A DNA stretch of 62,938 nt, filler included, from Intoshia linei (Eukaryota > Animalia > Orthonectida): NCBI GenBank assembly GCA_001642005.1. It is 5 parts of 5 records of this genome, joined end to end, with 100 filler letters (N's around TTAATTAATTAA, not from the genome) between each part and the next. Parts side by side here need not be neighbours in the genome. Positions count along the whole stretch, not along the records: positions 1 to 26,959 come from LWCA01000461.1; 4 more parts are not named here. The stretch is one strand, 5' to 3'. The translations under genes were made by a program, and so were the position numbers. Within the stretch, counting starts at the first letter, position 1, and the number at the start of each line of letters is the position of its first letter. Below are positions 12,119-26,403 of the stretch, piece by piece. The notes beneath the pieces are model-generated. The model had not been told where the DNA came from and ran no database searches. It saw only the letters and a list, made by a program, of their open reading frames with translations.

Positions 12119-15100
12119 ATGGGCCACATTTCTAAAGACAAACGAGACGTATTTTATAGATTAGCTAAAGCTGATGGGTGGAGAGCACGTAGTGCATTTA
12201 AATTATTACACATAGAAGAAAAAATGAAGATATTTAAAGGTTTCCAATATTAATAAACTAAACAACAAATTGCATAGGAATGAATTATATAGATTTTCTT
12301 CCATATTTCTTTATTGGAAATGTGTAGACGTTCAATGCACATTTTTTTTGAAATTAGATTTACATTTTCATTTTTGATTTTTAAATCGAAGTTATATCGA
12401 ATTAAATTGAAAAATATTGTTTGATAATATATTAAAAATTATTTTTTATCGGGAATGCGTAGATTTCTGGGGTTGAAATTTTGTAATTATATCAACTAGC
12501 ATAATCTCTATCAGAAATATTTTTTTTTTTAATTTTTGAACTGTTAATGATTTCACATTTTTTTGTTTTAAAAAACATTTTGGAAAAAAATATGTGAATA
12601 CTAAAATGCTTTTTTCACCATAAAGGCATCACTTAATCACATTGACATTTTTTGAGTGTGTTAACTGGATATAACTGTATCATCTGAAAAATTTTTAAAT
12701 TTATAGGGCTGTTTTCATTTTTAAAAAAAAGGGTATTCTGGGTTTTTGAACGTGTAAATTACCTTTTTTGAGGTTGCCATTTATGATAATGCTTATGTTG
12801 TTATTTAAAAACCATCCCATAATTTATGTTGTATAAATTCTAGGTCTTTCTTAATTTTTACAAAAAAGGGTAATTTGTGGTTTTGACCGTGAGGATATAA
12901 GATTTTGAAATTGAAATCACTATATACAGGACTGATTGTATTTATATTTTATTTATTTTCAAAAAAATTTCTTCAAACCGTCATTTGGGAACCATTCGTA
13001 TAGGTTACATTTTATATAAATTAAATAAAATATCTACTCCATGGTTATCTGTATTATTAAATTTAGATGTGAAAAGTGTTGTGGACTTATGTGCTTCTCC
13101 GGGGTCATGGAGTCAAGTTTGTGTCCAAAAATTGCCGTAATTTTTTTTACTGAAAATTACTTTGATAAATGTATAATATCCATGGTATGTTCACTTGTAT
13201 TGTGTATGTATTTATCTATAAATTATCAATTGTCAGCAGTTATGCTTTTCTTTTATTTATTAAGATAATGAGTAATTTTGAATTTGACCCTGAATATGCA
13301 AGATTTTGAGGTTAGAATTGACGATATTGCTCATGTTTTTTAGAATTCTAAGAGTTAATTTTAAAAAAGCTTATTTATAATTTTGAAATTTTTTGTTTTT
13401 TAAATCCTGAATCCGGATTCCTTATACAAAAAGTATAAAAATATATTCAATTTCATAAGGTAAACAAGCAATGAAATTATCATTTATTTTAGATGTTTTT
13501 TGAAAGTTATCGTTATTTAATATCTAAAAATAATCAATTTACAACCCATTGGGTAGTCTCAGAAAAAAATAAATAAAAATTTAAATTTTAAAGATGCTGG
13601 TTTATTGATACTGTTGTTTATACATGTTTACAATAAAATATATCCATTATAATGATTAATAATAATTATTAGTGATTTTAATTTGATCCTTTCAATAGAT
13701 GTCGTGCAGATTTAATTAAGGAATTTACAATTTTGTTAATAAAAATTGCAAATCTGCAATGTTGAATTTTTCAGTTTCACACACATTTTGACAATAGCAT
13801 GTAATCCGTCTTATTCAGCTATTATCTTTTTGTGGTTACTTTTAACTTTTACGCACTGCCATCTTATTTTGTTTTTATTTTCAACTTTGGAAAATCTTTG
13901 CATAGATTCATACATTTGTTTATATTTTTGTAATTAGACCTGGATCTAAAATTGTGGCTGTAGATTTACAACCAATGTTTCCATTGGAAGGTGTTGTTCA
14001 AATTCAAGCAGATATTACTCAGGTTTTTTAATTTTTTCGTATAGGTGATTGAATTTTGTGTTTATTAGATTGAAACTGTTGGAAAAATTTTATCTCATTT
14101 TAATGATAAAGTAGATTTGGTTATATGTGATGGAGCTCCAGATGGTTGAATTTAATTTAGTCTAATCTAATTGTTATCATAATATAGTCACTGGATTACA
14201 TGATATGGATGAATACATTCAATCTGAATTGATTTTTGGTGTATTATTTATTTTTTTCATTTTATTTGCATCTTTTTATTTAAGGCTCTTAACATAGCTA
14301 TTAAAGTTTTAAAAAAACATGGCACTTTTGTTGCAAAGGTAAAATTTAAATCAATTTATTGTCATTTATTTACTTAGGTTTTCAGAGGGAATGAAATCAA
14401 CTTTTTGTATAGCCAGCTAAAGATACTTTTTGTTAACGTATCTATTCTTAAACCAAGAAGTAGTAGAATTTCAAGTTTGGGTTTATTAATTTACAACACC
14501 TACGGAGTTATTAAATGTATATATAGAAGCTTTTGTTGTATGTCAAGATTATAATCCTTCCGATGATTTTACAGGATTGAACAGAACAACTTTAAAGGAT
14601 TGTGGTATGTAATTAATGTTTAATTTTGTAATTATCTGAGGCTCTCAATCGATACAATTTAATTCTGACTTATACTATTAGTATTTTATTAATATTATAA
14701 TCAGATTAATTAGAAAATTACTACAATTATCATGATATGTAAATTACGCCTTACTATCTTATAATTGATCAAAAGTCCAAAAAGTAAGAATTAACACAGA
14801 AGGAAGAATTAATGATACAAAATTTGTGATATTCGAAGATGTTACCAGCACGTGCTGGTATTAGTACCAGCATTTCTGCTTTATTACCACTAAAATTAAA
14901 AAATTAGCTATTTTTGTAAAATACGTTATTGGAGAGTTGCTAGATGTTGGGATTTTATCCCAAAGCCTAGACGACCTCTGAATTATTATTTTAAAATCCT
15001 ACTTTTTCAAACTTTTTTTCTAAAAATCCTCTTCTAACGATTTTACAAAAAACCACTTAATCCAAACCCAAAAAAATCGAATTTTACCAAACCTTACAAG

Positions 15101-18100
15101 AAAAAACTCTTAATCCTACCACAAAATAAAAAACTAAAATTTTAGCAACCATGATGGAAAAATACATTTTTCCGTGTATTTAATTCTAAATATTAAAATA
15201 ATAATTAAATCGTTATATTCATTTTACAAATTACTCATTTATGTATATAAAACAAGTGGCTGTTACCAGCAAATCGACCACTCTTGCTGATATTCCTTTA
15301 AAGTTAAACCATGAAAAATGTATTATGTAAGTATCACAGATAATATCCAAAATTAAATTTAAGTCGGAAATTCCGACTCGGAATTTGTTGTACAATGTAT
15401 TGTTAGCAACATGAGTTTTATACGATGAGAAATATGCTCTTTTTGCTATTAGCAATGCGTAAAAAACGCGGCATCTGACAACACTGCGCAGCTTACAAAT
15501 TGTGGGCCACAATGTTTATAAAATTCAATTATATTGGCATATTTTATAGCTCAAAAAAAATGTAGGCGTGTTTTCAATTTCAGATGAAATTTAGTATTTT
15601 TAGTCTAAATTTTACATTGTTAGTATCACGCATGTACAGCATTGCCAGAAAATAAAGCTAACATTTTCATATGCATGTTATAATTGACCAAAAATATATT
15701 TTTTCACATCATGGTCTTTAGTTTAATCTAATTAAAAATATACAATTATTTTATTCAAACAGGGTAAAGGTAGGAAAATTTTATCTAATGCGCAAAATTA
15801 AACATTTAATTAACTAAATAGAATATAGAATCTAAACAATCAAATTAAACAGCCAAAATGACATTTGAGCGTGGTTAACTAATACGTGTCTGGCAATGTC
15901 CAACATTTATTGATATCTATCTATAACAGTCTGTTATTAACAGATATATATTAATTATATATTTAGTTTAAATATCGGGTCTCAAATGGGGGTACTGGTA
16001 CCCCTAGGCGTACCATAAATTATTTTGGGTACCAGTTCGTCTCATCATATGACACACTTTATGTTGCCTAAATTATAAATATTTTTAAAGTTTCATAATA
16101 CATTTATTTATCTATTTTTGATCAAGTAGAGTTTAACTAACTATTTATTTTATTTGATTTTTTTTAATTCACATGGTATCATAGTTACAATAAATATAAA
16201 TTATTATGGGGTATGCCAACTGCGAAGTATGTTGAGAACCGCTGATCTATAATATATATTCAATCTATTACACAAACTCAATTAATTAAAAATTCACAAG
16301 AATGATCAGGAAATAGATATTGATATTTTATCATATTACTTGTGCGTAACGCTGTAACGGTTTTTAACTCTAAATGTATCTTTTAGTATTTAGTTATATG
16401 TAAAATAGTGCAAATAACCATGTTGCATGCTGTTATATGCGCATTTTACGTCTATCTATGAATATGAGTCTTGGATATTATTTCCTGTAGGTCACTTAAA
16501 TTGAAATATTTATAGTTTTTAATATATAGTTTTTGGGGTTAATTTTAAGGAATTCAAACTTTCACATGCTACACAATTTGATCTGGAGGCCCACGGGCCA
16601 TGTTTTGCACCTCCCTGAGTTATATAAATTTTAGTTGCTTCATCATTAAATTTTATTTTTGTGACTAAATAAATCAATGAAATTTGCATACTGAATAGAC
16701 AACCATGTGGCTATGCATATGATTTCGTTTTATGTAAGTAAAGATTGTTAGTCATTTGATGTGAAACAATAATTTAATTATGCATTTTTAATAGAGATGT
16801 CAAACAAAGAATTGGCTGACAGTATTCCTTATGTGGTATGTGGTGATTTCAGTAAATTTGATTCAGATTGTCGATACTCTTTAGAGGTATAATTTTTATG
16901 TTATATTTACTTATATAAAGTAATTTTGTTAAAAATGTACGTCTGTTTATTTATTTCTCAAACTGTTCCAGTTTATTTAAGAAAATAAGATCAGTCGAAT
17001 TTTAAAAATTCTATATTACTATTACAGTTTTTCGAGAGTGCTGTTTTATGGCAAATTTCATTTTCAGAAATTGAGTCCTTTAAGGTCAATATTCCCAATC
17101 GTCCTTTTTTTTAATTGAAACCAGTTCTAGAATTATAAAAAATATACAATCTGATTAATATTTAAGATCCTCATAGATTAATCTTATAGCAAAAGCAAAA
17201 ATACCTTTTACTATTGGTGAAAAAGTGATTTTACCATCAACTGTAAAAATTAATGAAATTATATTTGGTATGAAACGGGATAACATTTAAAGAAAATACC
17301 TATCTCAAATGATACCCTATATTGTCGAATTAAAGCATTTAAGTAAAATTTATAAAATAAAGGAGTCTACTGTAAAATAATATTTATCTTCGCATTCTTC
17401 ACTTGAAAGCTAAATAATTTTCAGGGTTGGAGGTTCTATATGTTCTCATATAATGAATTTTAATCAAGTTATTTCGTAATATTTTATTATTAATATTACA
17501 TTATATTATTAGAATGTTAATCTTCTGTCTGTTTGATGTCTGCTTGTCTTTCTTTTAACCTCTAATTTGATAATATACCAGTGATCCCAAACTGTGTACC
17601 GCGGCACACTAGTGTTTCGTGAGAAAAAGCTTAGTGTCTCGTTAAAAATTTACATCCTTATAATGAAATGATGGGTCCAGAGTGAAACAAATTTGGGAAC
17701 CACTCCTTTAAAGTAGTAATTGATGTAATCAGATGAAATTAATAGATTTGCAAAACAGTGTTTTTTGGTTGAGATATACAAATAAAAATCATTAATTGAC
17801 TTCTGCAAATATCTCTCACCTAAAGATTTTCCATGTATTAAAAAATTTTCCTGAGACATTTTTATCAATATTTGAACTTACTTGTGTGAACACTACTCTG
17901 TTAACTGAACAGGCATTTTCTAAAATAATATATTATATAAGTATATTGAATTCCTCACTCACAATGAACTTAACTTATAAATATTTACAGGTCTTATTAA
18001 CCTTATATTATTAGTCTTATTATTACTACGAGAATTAAACGAAACTATGAAAATACATATATGTTGAAATCAAAATTTAAATTACATTCCTCTCAATAAT

Positions 18101-21100
18101 AATAATTAAACATAAAGTACTGGTGATTTTTATCATACAAATTATCATATATCATCGAATTAGATTTTAAACATAAACTATTAAACATTATTAGATTGTA
18201 TGTTATCGACTTGTCATTTAAACATCATGAGAACTAAAATCGGTATTTACAATTGTATTTTTTCTGAAATTTAATCTATTTATGACAATTTTTAGGATTG
18301 TATTGTTTATTTTATTTTTAAGATTATACACACATTCTGTCTAATAAATTAAAAAAATGGGATAAAAATAGTGTTTAAAATTCTTTACACAAATGTTACA
18401 CACAAAATAAAATTAGGATGGAATAATTCACTTTAACTTAAGATAATGTAAAATGATGGGTCCACGTGAAACAAGTTTGGGGACTACTTATTTAAAGGAT
18501 TGATAATAGTGAATAGTATCATTTTTAAGTTAGATTTTCTTATTGAGTTTATTTTTTTGATAGAATAAAAATGTGCCCTCGGCAGAGCTAGGTGTTTTTA
18601 CGTAGTACTGTTAACACAGTCAACTAGTTAATATATATTTTCTAAAAATTAAATTTGAATTACAAATGAGTTTAGTATATAATAAATCAATAAATAAAAT
18701 TTTTAATTTTATTTGATTTTAACATTTTCAATTTCAACATGATTCAAAACTTACATAACATAAGATCGTAACTAATTTTGAAAAATAGTTTTAAAAAACT
18801 TTTAGCTTTATATTTTAAATTAATGACGAGTTATAGAATAAAATGTTAATCCTCACCTATATAAAACGCTTTGTTTGTCTGTGTGTGTCATCGTTTATTT
18901 CAATAACTACGAGTCTTAGAATTTTATAAAGTCCATATTTATATTACAGTTTTTCCGGGTGAAAGTATGATAAATTTCATCCTCCGAAACTCATATCTTA
19001 AGGGTCAAAAATATTTATATGTTACAGTAATAATCATATGGCGAAATACAGATTTGGGGAGCTTTGGAGAGTGTACTATATATAATAATCTATGTAATTA
19101 TAAAATTTAAAAAAAAATAGTGACATTTTTAAATTTAAGTGTGCCACGAAAAAAAAAGTTTGGGAATCACTGTTGGTGGATAAGTATATTCTGATTTTTT
19201 TCTCCAAATTGGATGGAAAATATTTGTATACTTCATTTTCACCGAGTCTTGGAATCCATGGTTCAAGTGAATCGAAATTCTTGTTTGTTGGGAATTTACG
19301 ACATTTCACTATAGTCATATATTGAGGTAAACATAATAATACTTCTTTATGTTTTAAATTGTTATAATTTTTTTCCCTCTCTTGGTCGTCGGAGTTCACT
19401 AAATATTATACTATTACACACAACTGGTTACCTGCAATAAATACTGTAGTATTGATTTATTATATAATATTAAAATAAATTGAAAAAAAAATAGTTAAAT
19501 CAATAAAAATTTTAAAAAAATTAATAAATATTAGTTACGATGATATAAATTGTTCACAACTTTAAGGCCATTCCCGATCCTTTCTTAAAGAGCTGTCAAG
19601 TTTCATTGGGTGGCGGACTTCGCATTTAATCTATTGAAAAAGGGGTACAGGTTACCAAAATTCTATTCTATTTACTGATTTACTATTTAGTAAATTCATT
19701 TTTTAATTAAACTGTAATTTTTAGAAAATATTTAATTTACAAAAATAATTAATTAATTAATTTCAGTCGTCAAAACAAATTTTTTCATAAGATAAATAAT
19801 TACAAGTTACATTTTATTGCAATTTAACCTTGAATTTAAAAGTTTTTTCTGCTGTTTGTAATTTAATATTCTCTATCTCACCAACTTTTTCTAAATTCCA
19901 AGAATGGCGAGTTATAGAGGAATACTTTATTTATATAATTTAATGTACCGTTACGTTAGCGCTAATAAATTTTAATATGTTTATCCACCAAATTAACCCT
20001 TAGATCAGGGTGGGGAAATCTTCATTACATGTGGCAAATGCAGTGTCAAACTTACCGTAATTGATACCTTCTGTTGGGGGTTCGACGAAATTTTTGTAAA
20101 ATAGAAACCTAATTTTTCCATATTGAGATTAAAAAAATATATAGTTGAATATTCATTACTATTTTGTTTGTTAAATTGAATGTGTCAAATGGTAGCTTTG
20201 GGTAGATGGCTAGCGACTATATGACACTACGCCACTGTTGCGTAAAAAATTTTCAGGGTTTATTTTTATATTCGAATGACCTTTGTGGATTCGTATATAT
20301 TTTGAGTCAATTTATGGAATATGAAAAAAGCGACTAATACAAATTTTACACCTTTTAATGTTTAGATTAAAATAGTTAAAGTATAAATTAAAATAAATGA
20401 AATCGATTAAATGTAGAGCACGGGTTCCCAAAGTAAAGTAGATAGTAAATTATAACTACCTATTATAAAATAATAATAATAACTATAATTTTCAAAGTTT
20501 TTTTTTGATATTATAGAATAAAGTCAATTGTACATGATTTAGCTGAACACGATATATTTAAATATACAAATTTATTTAATTTTTCTCCTCAAACGAAGCG
20601 GGAATTTAAGTTTTTGTATAAAAAAATTAAGAAAAACATGAAAATAAAGTTGAATTTAGCTATTTTTTGTTAATTAGTTAATTGAGCAACACAACGTCGT
20701 TACTGTACCAATCTTTGAATTAGTCATCGCATTGTTTTTTTTTTAAAAATACACCCCACCTAGCTACTCAGTCTTTCAAATTCTAAAATTTTTCAAAAAA
20801 TGTGACACCCTACTGCTCATACAATAACATCTAATATGTGTAAAAATTAATTTTATTATCAATGTTTACTTTGTGTTAACAATAAAATAAATTATATTTG
20901 AAAATACAATAGACGTGACGTGATTGTAATTGCGTGTCATAAATTAAATATATTTTATTGCTAATTCTTAGCCAAGTATTTAAGTTGTTCACTTTACAAA
21001 TCAATGACATTTGAAATTTCTGAATTTTGAGCTTTAAATTTTATTTTTTTAATATTTCAAAAGTGAAATTTTTTGCTTTCAATTTTGAAAATCAGCATAG

Positions 21101-21794
21101 TCTCGTAAGGGTTAAAATGGTGTGCTCAACTTGAATAGGTATATCTGTATTGAAATAAATACAATGATTATATTGATATTTCATGAATACACCATACCTA
21201 CACTACACGCCAAAGAAATTAACAAAATATCAAAAAAATGTGACATCCTAGTAGGGTGACCCTACTGTATTTAACCAACAATATTATATATTACTTGACA
21301 CTATTGATAGAACCAAAGTTGTTATATATATACATTTCATAAATGCATGTACTTTCATATTTTTTATATTGTATATGTAATAATAATTTGTAAATGAATT
21401 TATATTGAATAAATAATACTTTCATACATTGTATTTGTTATTTACAGCTAAACTTTACTTGTTCAGTATCAAAGCTAAATCATTTTTTTATGCTTTCGAA
21501 AGACCAGATAATTAGGCCGATTCTATAATAAAAATATATTGAATATGATTTGTACTGTAGTACGGGACATTTTTGTTTGCATTTATTTTTAAAAATAGTT
21601 CCAAACCATACATCCTACAACTTTTGTATAATGTTTATGAACATTGTGCATAAATACTTATTATTTTTTGTTGTTTATATTCCATATAAATTTAGATGCC
21701 ATTTGAAGAATATGAATTTAAAAATCCAGTAGTTGAACCAAGCGATCCACCCTACAAAGAAGGTGTGCATTTAAAACGTACAGGGAAATTATAA
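12119..21794 (+). CDS. FTSJ1: tRNA (cytidine32/guanosine34-2'-O)-methyltransferase, Trm7/FTSJ1, 10 exons
   Basis: Exons 12119-12239, 13067-13136, 13938-14022, 14069-14144, 14188-14240, 14285-14338, 14378-14480, 14527-14604, 16795-16886 and 21696-21794. Motifs [86 protein letters not shown] and PPYKE; K-D-K-E tetrad intact. Confidence 0.96.
12270..12910 (+). mobile_element. Repeat family A partial copy in FTSJ1 intron 1
   Basis: Near-duplicate of 11285-11800 (attggaaatgtgtagacgttcaat...gggaatgcgtagatttctggggttgaaatt). Confidence 0.8.
15972..16244. mobile_element. Degenerate hAT MITE
   Basis: cgggtctcaaatgggggtac ... gttgagaaccgctg ends. Confidence 0.5.
17165..17335 (+). pseudogene. hAT Buster/ZBED5-type transposase fragment
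   Basis: [20 protein letters not shown]...[15 protein letters not shown] matches the Buster motif LIAK..KPxTIGExLI.P...LSNxTxxRRI. Confidence 0.7.
18400..18628 (-). mobile_element. Repeat family A 5' end
   Basis: aaaaatgtgccctcggcagagctaggtgtttttacgtagtac...cagtcaactagt is the reverse complement of the family 5' end. Confidence 0.7.
18855..19012 (-). mobile_element. Repeat family A 3' end
   Basis: gctttgtttgtctgtgtgtgtcatcgtttatttcaataactac is the reverse complement of the family 3' terminus. Confidence 0.7.
19173..21582 (-). pseudogene. Spliced antisense pseudogene nested in FTSJ1 intron 9
   Basis: Phase-consistent exons 19829-19924, 19561-19630, 19432-19443 and 19173-19398, with one in-frame TAA. 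Truncated by a hAT MITE end at 19141-19172. A possible upstream exon near 21458-21522 has a frameshift. Confidence 0.5.
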
Positions 21795-21904
21795 CTATGT
21801 TAAAATATCACAATAAATTATGTAATTATTAGAGCAATCAATTCCAACTTTAATTACTTTATTCTTACTTAAAAGTAGTTATAGCGGATTCCAACAATAT
21901 AATT

Positions 21905-22010
21905 ATCCTTACTTATATAATATGCTTTGTTTGTGTGTGTATTATCGTTTATTGCAGAATAAAAAGGTCCGCCCTCAGCAGAGCTAGGATACTGTTTGTA
22001 CGAAGTTAGT
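21905..22010 (-). mobile_element. Minimal (about 105 bp) family A element joining the 5' and 3' termini
   Basis: The reverse strand reads cttcgtacaaacagtatcctagctctgctgagggcggacc...aataaacgataatacacacacaaacaaagcatattatataagtaaggat. Confidence 0.7.
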
Positions 22011-22269
22011 GTTATTGACTTTCTAAAATTATAACACTGATACTACCAGTAATTATTGAAATAAACGATAACACATACAAACAAAGCATTTTATATATAA
22101 GTAAAGATATTACAAATTAAACGTGAACTGTATGACCAAAAGTTGATGTGTTTATTACTTGAGTTAATTTATTGGCAAAATTCCATGTGCAATATCAGAT
22201 AGTTTAATTTACACATCAACTAGATAGAGTTCTTCTAGCCAATTCTTCTCAAAGGGTCCATGTGGATTT

Positions 22270-23190
22270 CAATTACAATTTTTTCCGGGAAATATAATAA
22301 GATAAATTTCAACCTCCCAAATTTACATCTTACGGGTCAAAAACCCCAATTGTCCTTTCTTTTGAAAATCAAACGAGTTGGAGAATTTAAAAAAATATAT
22401 ACGCTGATACGGACTTTAAAATCATGAACATATCATAAATTTAAAAAAATGTCTTCAGGGCCAAAACCACAAATTACCCTTCTTTGTTTAATGAAAACAA
22501 CCCTAGAATTTAAAAAAAGTTACAGTTGGTACAGTTGTATACTGTTAACATACACAAAAAATTTCAATTCGAATAAGTGACGACTTCACGGTCAAAAAAG
22601 CATTTTGGTATTCATATATATTTTTTCCTAAATATTTTATTAACATGTAAAACAAAAAATGTAAAATAATTAATGTCCGAAAATTAAAAAAAAGATTTTT
22701 CTGATAGAGCTTATTCAAATTGATATAAATACAAAAGTTCAACCCGAGAAATCTACGCATTCCCGATAAAAAATAATTTTTAATATATTATTAACCATTA
22801 TCTTTTAAATATTTCGATTAACAAATGTAAAATAAAAATTAAAAATATAAATATTGATCCTAAAATTTCAAAAAAAAATTTGCATTGAACGTCTACACGT
22901 TTTCAATAAAGAAATATGGGTGAATATCTATATAATTCATTCCTTCGTAATTTTTTTTATTGCTACGCAATTTTTAAATTTCAAATTCTCATTTTCATAA
23001 CATTTTGTTCAAAATTTAAATAAAAACTACAACAACGAAACTAAAAGTAATACAACTTTGTTATTATCATTTTTATATTTATTACAATGATTTGCAATAT
23101 TGGTAAAATACACCGGAAATATGTTTATAAAGTGCTGATTCCGTTAATTATTTATACATTATTGGTATTTTTAAGTATTTATTAAATTGG
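22270..23190 (-). mobile_element. Long copy of repeat family A between FTSJ1 and SRP19
   Basis: Reverse complement of 11070-11965 over about 900 bp. Confidence 0.8.
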
Positions 23191-23461
23191 TACTGAACAG
23201 TAGCGACTTTGACTCAAAAATTCTACTCGTGCTCACTACATTGTTACCATATCAACTATTTATAAATATTAAATTATTAACAATTATGAAATTACAAACG
23301 GCTATATTTCGATATGTAACCGTGTAGAATAACACAAACTTCTTTTGTACCCGAAGCATAATACATGTAGTACTTTTAAAGCCATAATTATGGTTTGAAA
23401 ATTTTCAATGTTACTTTTAACAACTGAATAAACATAAAAAGTTATTTTTTAAATTAAATCA

Positions 23462-26403
23462 ATGGAAAAAGTTTTACACCAACCTATAGAATATTATAAA
23501 TATTCAGAGAAAGAACGGTATAAAACTATATTTTTATTTTAATAATGATTATAGTTGGATAACTATATATCCTGCATACATAAATAAGGATAGAACCATT
23601 CCAGAAGGTCGTAGATTAAATAAATCTCAAGTAATTTAAATTTGCAGAATATTTTGTTATGGTATTATTTTCTCACAAAATGGTTTACTTTTCAATTTGA
23701 GAGGCCCGAGAGCCATAGTTTTGTATATACCACAAACGTTTGATCATTCGTGTTGTATTTTTTAATTTTAGTGTATTTCTGAACCACTTATAACCGAAAT
23801 GTTGGAAGCTGTAAAAGAAATGAATGCTATTATAGAAGTATATTTGATTATAATTATATATACCTCCTTTCCTGTTGAATATCCGCCAATAATCTAAACA
23901 CCATTTGGTTTATATCAGTGCTCTTCAACCAGTAAAATTATCAGGGGGTCGTGAGAATTTGAAAATTTTTTGAATAAATTATTTTTTTTTATTTTAATAT
24001 ATTATTGACAGAAATAATGTTACTGAAAAATTTTTGCATTCCGAAAATTTTTTATGTTTATAAGAGGCCGCGAACATAAAAAGGTTGGAAACCACTGGTT
24101 TATATAGTTTCTTATAAATTGAAATTACTATAAATATTTTTATAAATTATAATATAACTAGCCGGAATTTTATTTACTTCGTAAAAACAGCTTTTTGAGG
24201 GCAGTCTTGATTAAATTGATTATAGACAATGAGAGTATTATTTTAACAGCAATCCAATTATAGTTACAACTTTGAAATTGTCATAAATAACATGAATCCC
24301 AGGAAAAATAAAATTTGAATTACCTTTTGTGCATAAATCTTCCTTCTATCATGAATTTCGGATGAAACCATTTTACCAATTGGTAACCAACATTGAAATA
24401 AATCTCAAAATTATAATAACAAAGTTATACTTTGGTTGATTCTTTGTAAATTTTTTTAAATGACAAATTGCGTAGCATTTATAAAAAACCAAACAAATCA
24501 ATTTATCAGACTAAAACCCAAATTCCTGTATTTCAGATATGTATATTAGAAGATATCAGAATATTCATTTCGTTACATTATAGAATCATTAATTATTTGC
24601 TATTTTTCAATTGTAATGAAATAATTTAAAAAAAAATAAAATAAAGTCATTTACTTTTTTGACCGTTAAGACGTAACTTTGTGATGTGTTAATTGTTTGT
24701 ATATGTTAAATTGAAAAAATTAAAATGAGGATTGTAATTTTTATAAATTCTTGGATATAATTCTATGTGGTTGAAATTTATAATAATGCGCATAATTTTA
24801 AAATAAGTCAATGTAATTTTTTTTAAATTCTAGGACTGTTTTCATTTTTGAAAAATGTAACGTGGGATTATGACCATGAAGTTGCCAATTGATAAGGATA
24901 TCAAAAACTAATGTGATTTTATTTTTTCTGGGTGTGATATATTTTTATTAACATTTGAAACTAAAGATACAGATGCATATATAAAAAAATTAAATTTATA
25001 TAAATTTTACAACAAATTATTATTTGTTAAATTGATTATTTTTGTATTCTTAATAATAATTTCTTACCGGACTTCAGATCACAGAGGCGATATTTAAAAA
25101 AAATAATAGTACGATATTATAATTAAACCTCTATTAATGTTAATATTTTGAATAGGATAAAGTGTATTGCAGAGAACGAGACGTTTTCGATTCTAAGTGC
25201 CGTGGACGGATTCGTATTCAATTTAAAAATGACGAGGGAAGTTACGTAAATGATGTTATTACGTCTAGTAATTTATTTAAAATACTACAATTTTAGTTTT
25301 TAATTAAAATTCTTGGTTAAATATTTTATTACATGAACGTGATAAAATTGTAAAAAAATCTAAAATTTTACTGAGGTTTTTCGGTTTCATCTGTATCTTA
25401 CGACAGGTAAAACCAAATTCTACATAATTGTCATTTAATTGTTGTCTTTTAGACATCTTCTTCCTTAGTGTATGTTATTAATTCTATGTCAATTTCTATA
25501 TTAAAATACATAAATTGTTACAATTTATTTGTATACCTTAAAAAAGTTGAAAATACAAAACTCAATGATCGTTATGAAATTAATAAGTAATAACAAGATA
25601 TCTGTATCATGATAATTTTTTTTTAAATTCTAAGGCTGTTTTAATTTTTAAAAAAGGGGTAATCTGGGTTTTTGTCGTGAAAATTACCTTTTTTGAGGTG
25701 ACGATTTGTGATAATGCTTATGAATTTAAAAACCATTCAAGAATTTATATTGTATAAAATTCTAATACTTTTTATTTTTTCAGCTTAATTTGGACAAATG
25801 AGCAGTTTGAGCTATTTTACAAAAAATATCGTAGAGTCCTTTAAAGGTGCTCGGTACGGTTCGACTCTCACTCCAAATGTTAAATATTGTATTTTCTATT
25901 ATGAACATTGAGTTGATTTGTTTATTTTACTGTTTTTTATTGATTTTGCTCCTTTACGGTTCAAAGAGTATTACAGTTTGATATCTAACTCGATACAAGT
26001 TATCATGATCACAAATAATATGATTGTAAGTAGCGTTTCTCTCGAATATCCACTTAAATCATCTTGAAACCTCACAATATTTTAACCTAACCTAAAAAGT
26101 GGATGAGTGTCAATATAAAGTATTGATATTTTATCAACAACTTATAAAAAGTGTAATTGTAATGACAAGAAATAAAAAATAAGTTTTTTTGTTGTGGATG
26201 TCTAAGGTTAGAATTATTATTGTAAATTAATATTTACCCAAAGTGAAAACGTAATTAATAATATTTAATGTAACAATTTAGAAAAAGAATTAATGAAACA
26301 TATGACTACATTTATATTAAAATTGAAATCTCGAAATCAACCTTTAAAAAAAGAAAAAGCACATTACATTAAAAAAAGGGGAAAAAGAAATAAAAATGAT
26401 TAA
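23462..26403 (+). CDS. SRP19: Signal recognition particle 19 kDa protein, 5 exons
   Basis: Exons 23462-23517, 23555-23630, 23772-23837, 25156-25267 and 26282-26403. Translation RWITIYPAYINKDRTIPEGRRLNKSQCISEP...DKVYCRE...RGRIRIQFKNDEGS...KLKSR, followed by a basic tail. Confidence 0.95.
23916..24097. mobile_element. hAT MITE with perfect 8-bp TSD in SRP19 intron 3
   Basis: GTTTATAT|cagtgctcttcaacc ... ggttggaaaccactg|GTTTATAT. Confidence 0.85.

Noticed and set aside
13041-13268. Cys-rich [18 protein letters not shown]
   Set aside because: It is an alternative frame over FTSJ1 exon 2 plus intron.
19561-19630. In-frame TAA codons in several exon-like relics suggesting stop-codon reassignment
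   Set aside because: TAA and TGA terminate TAF3, FTSJ1, SRP19, PGAM5 and TRA2 at their expected ends, and long conserved exons contain no internal TAA.
23462-23630. Initial resemblance to a CKS subunit
   Set aside because: The spliced translation (IYPAYIN...EGRR, RGRIRIQ) is clearly SRP19.
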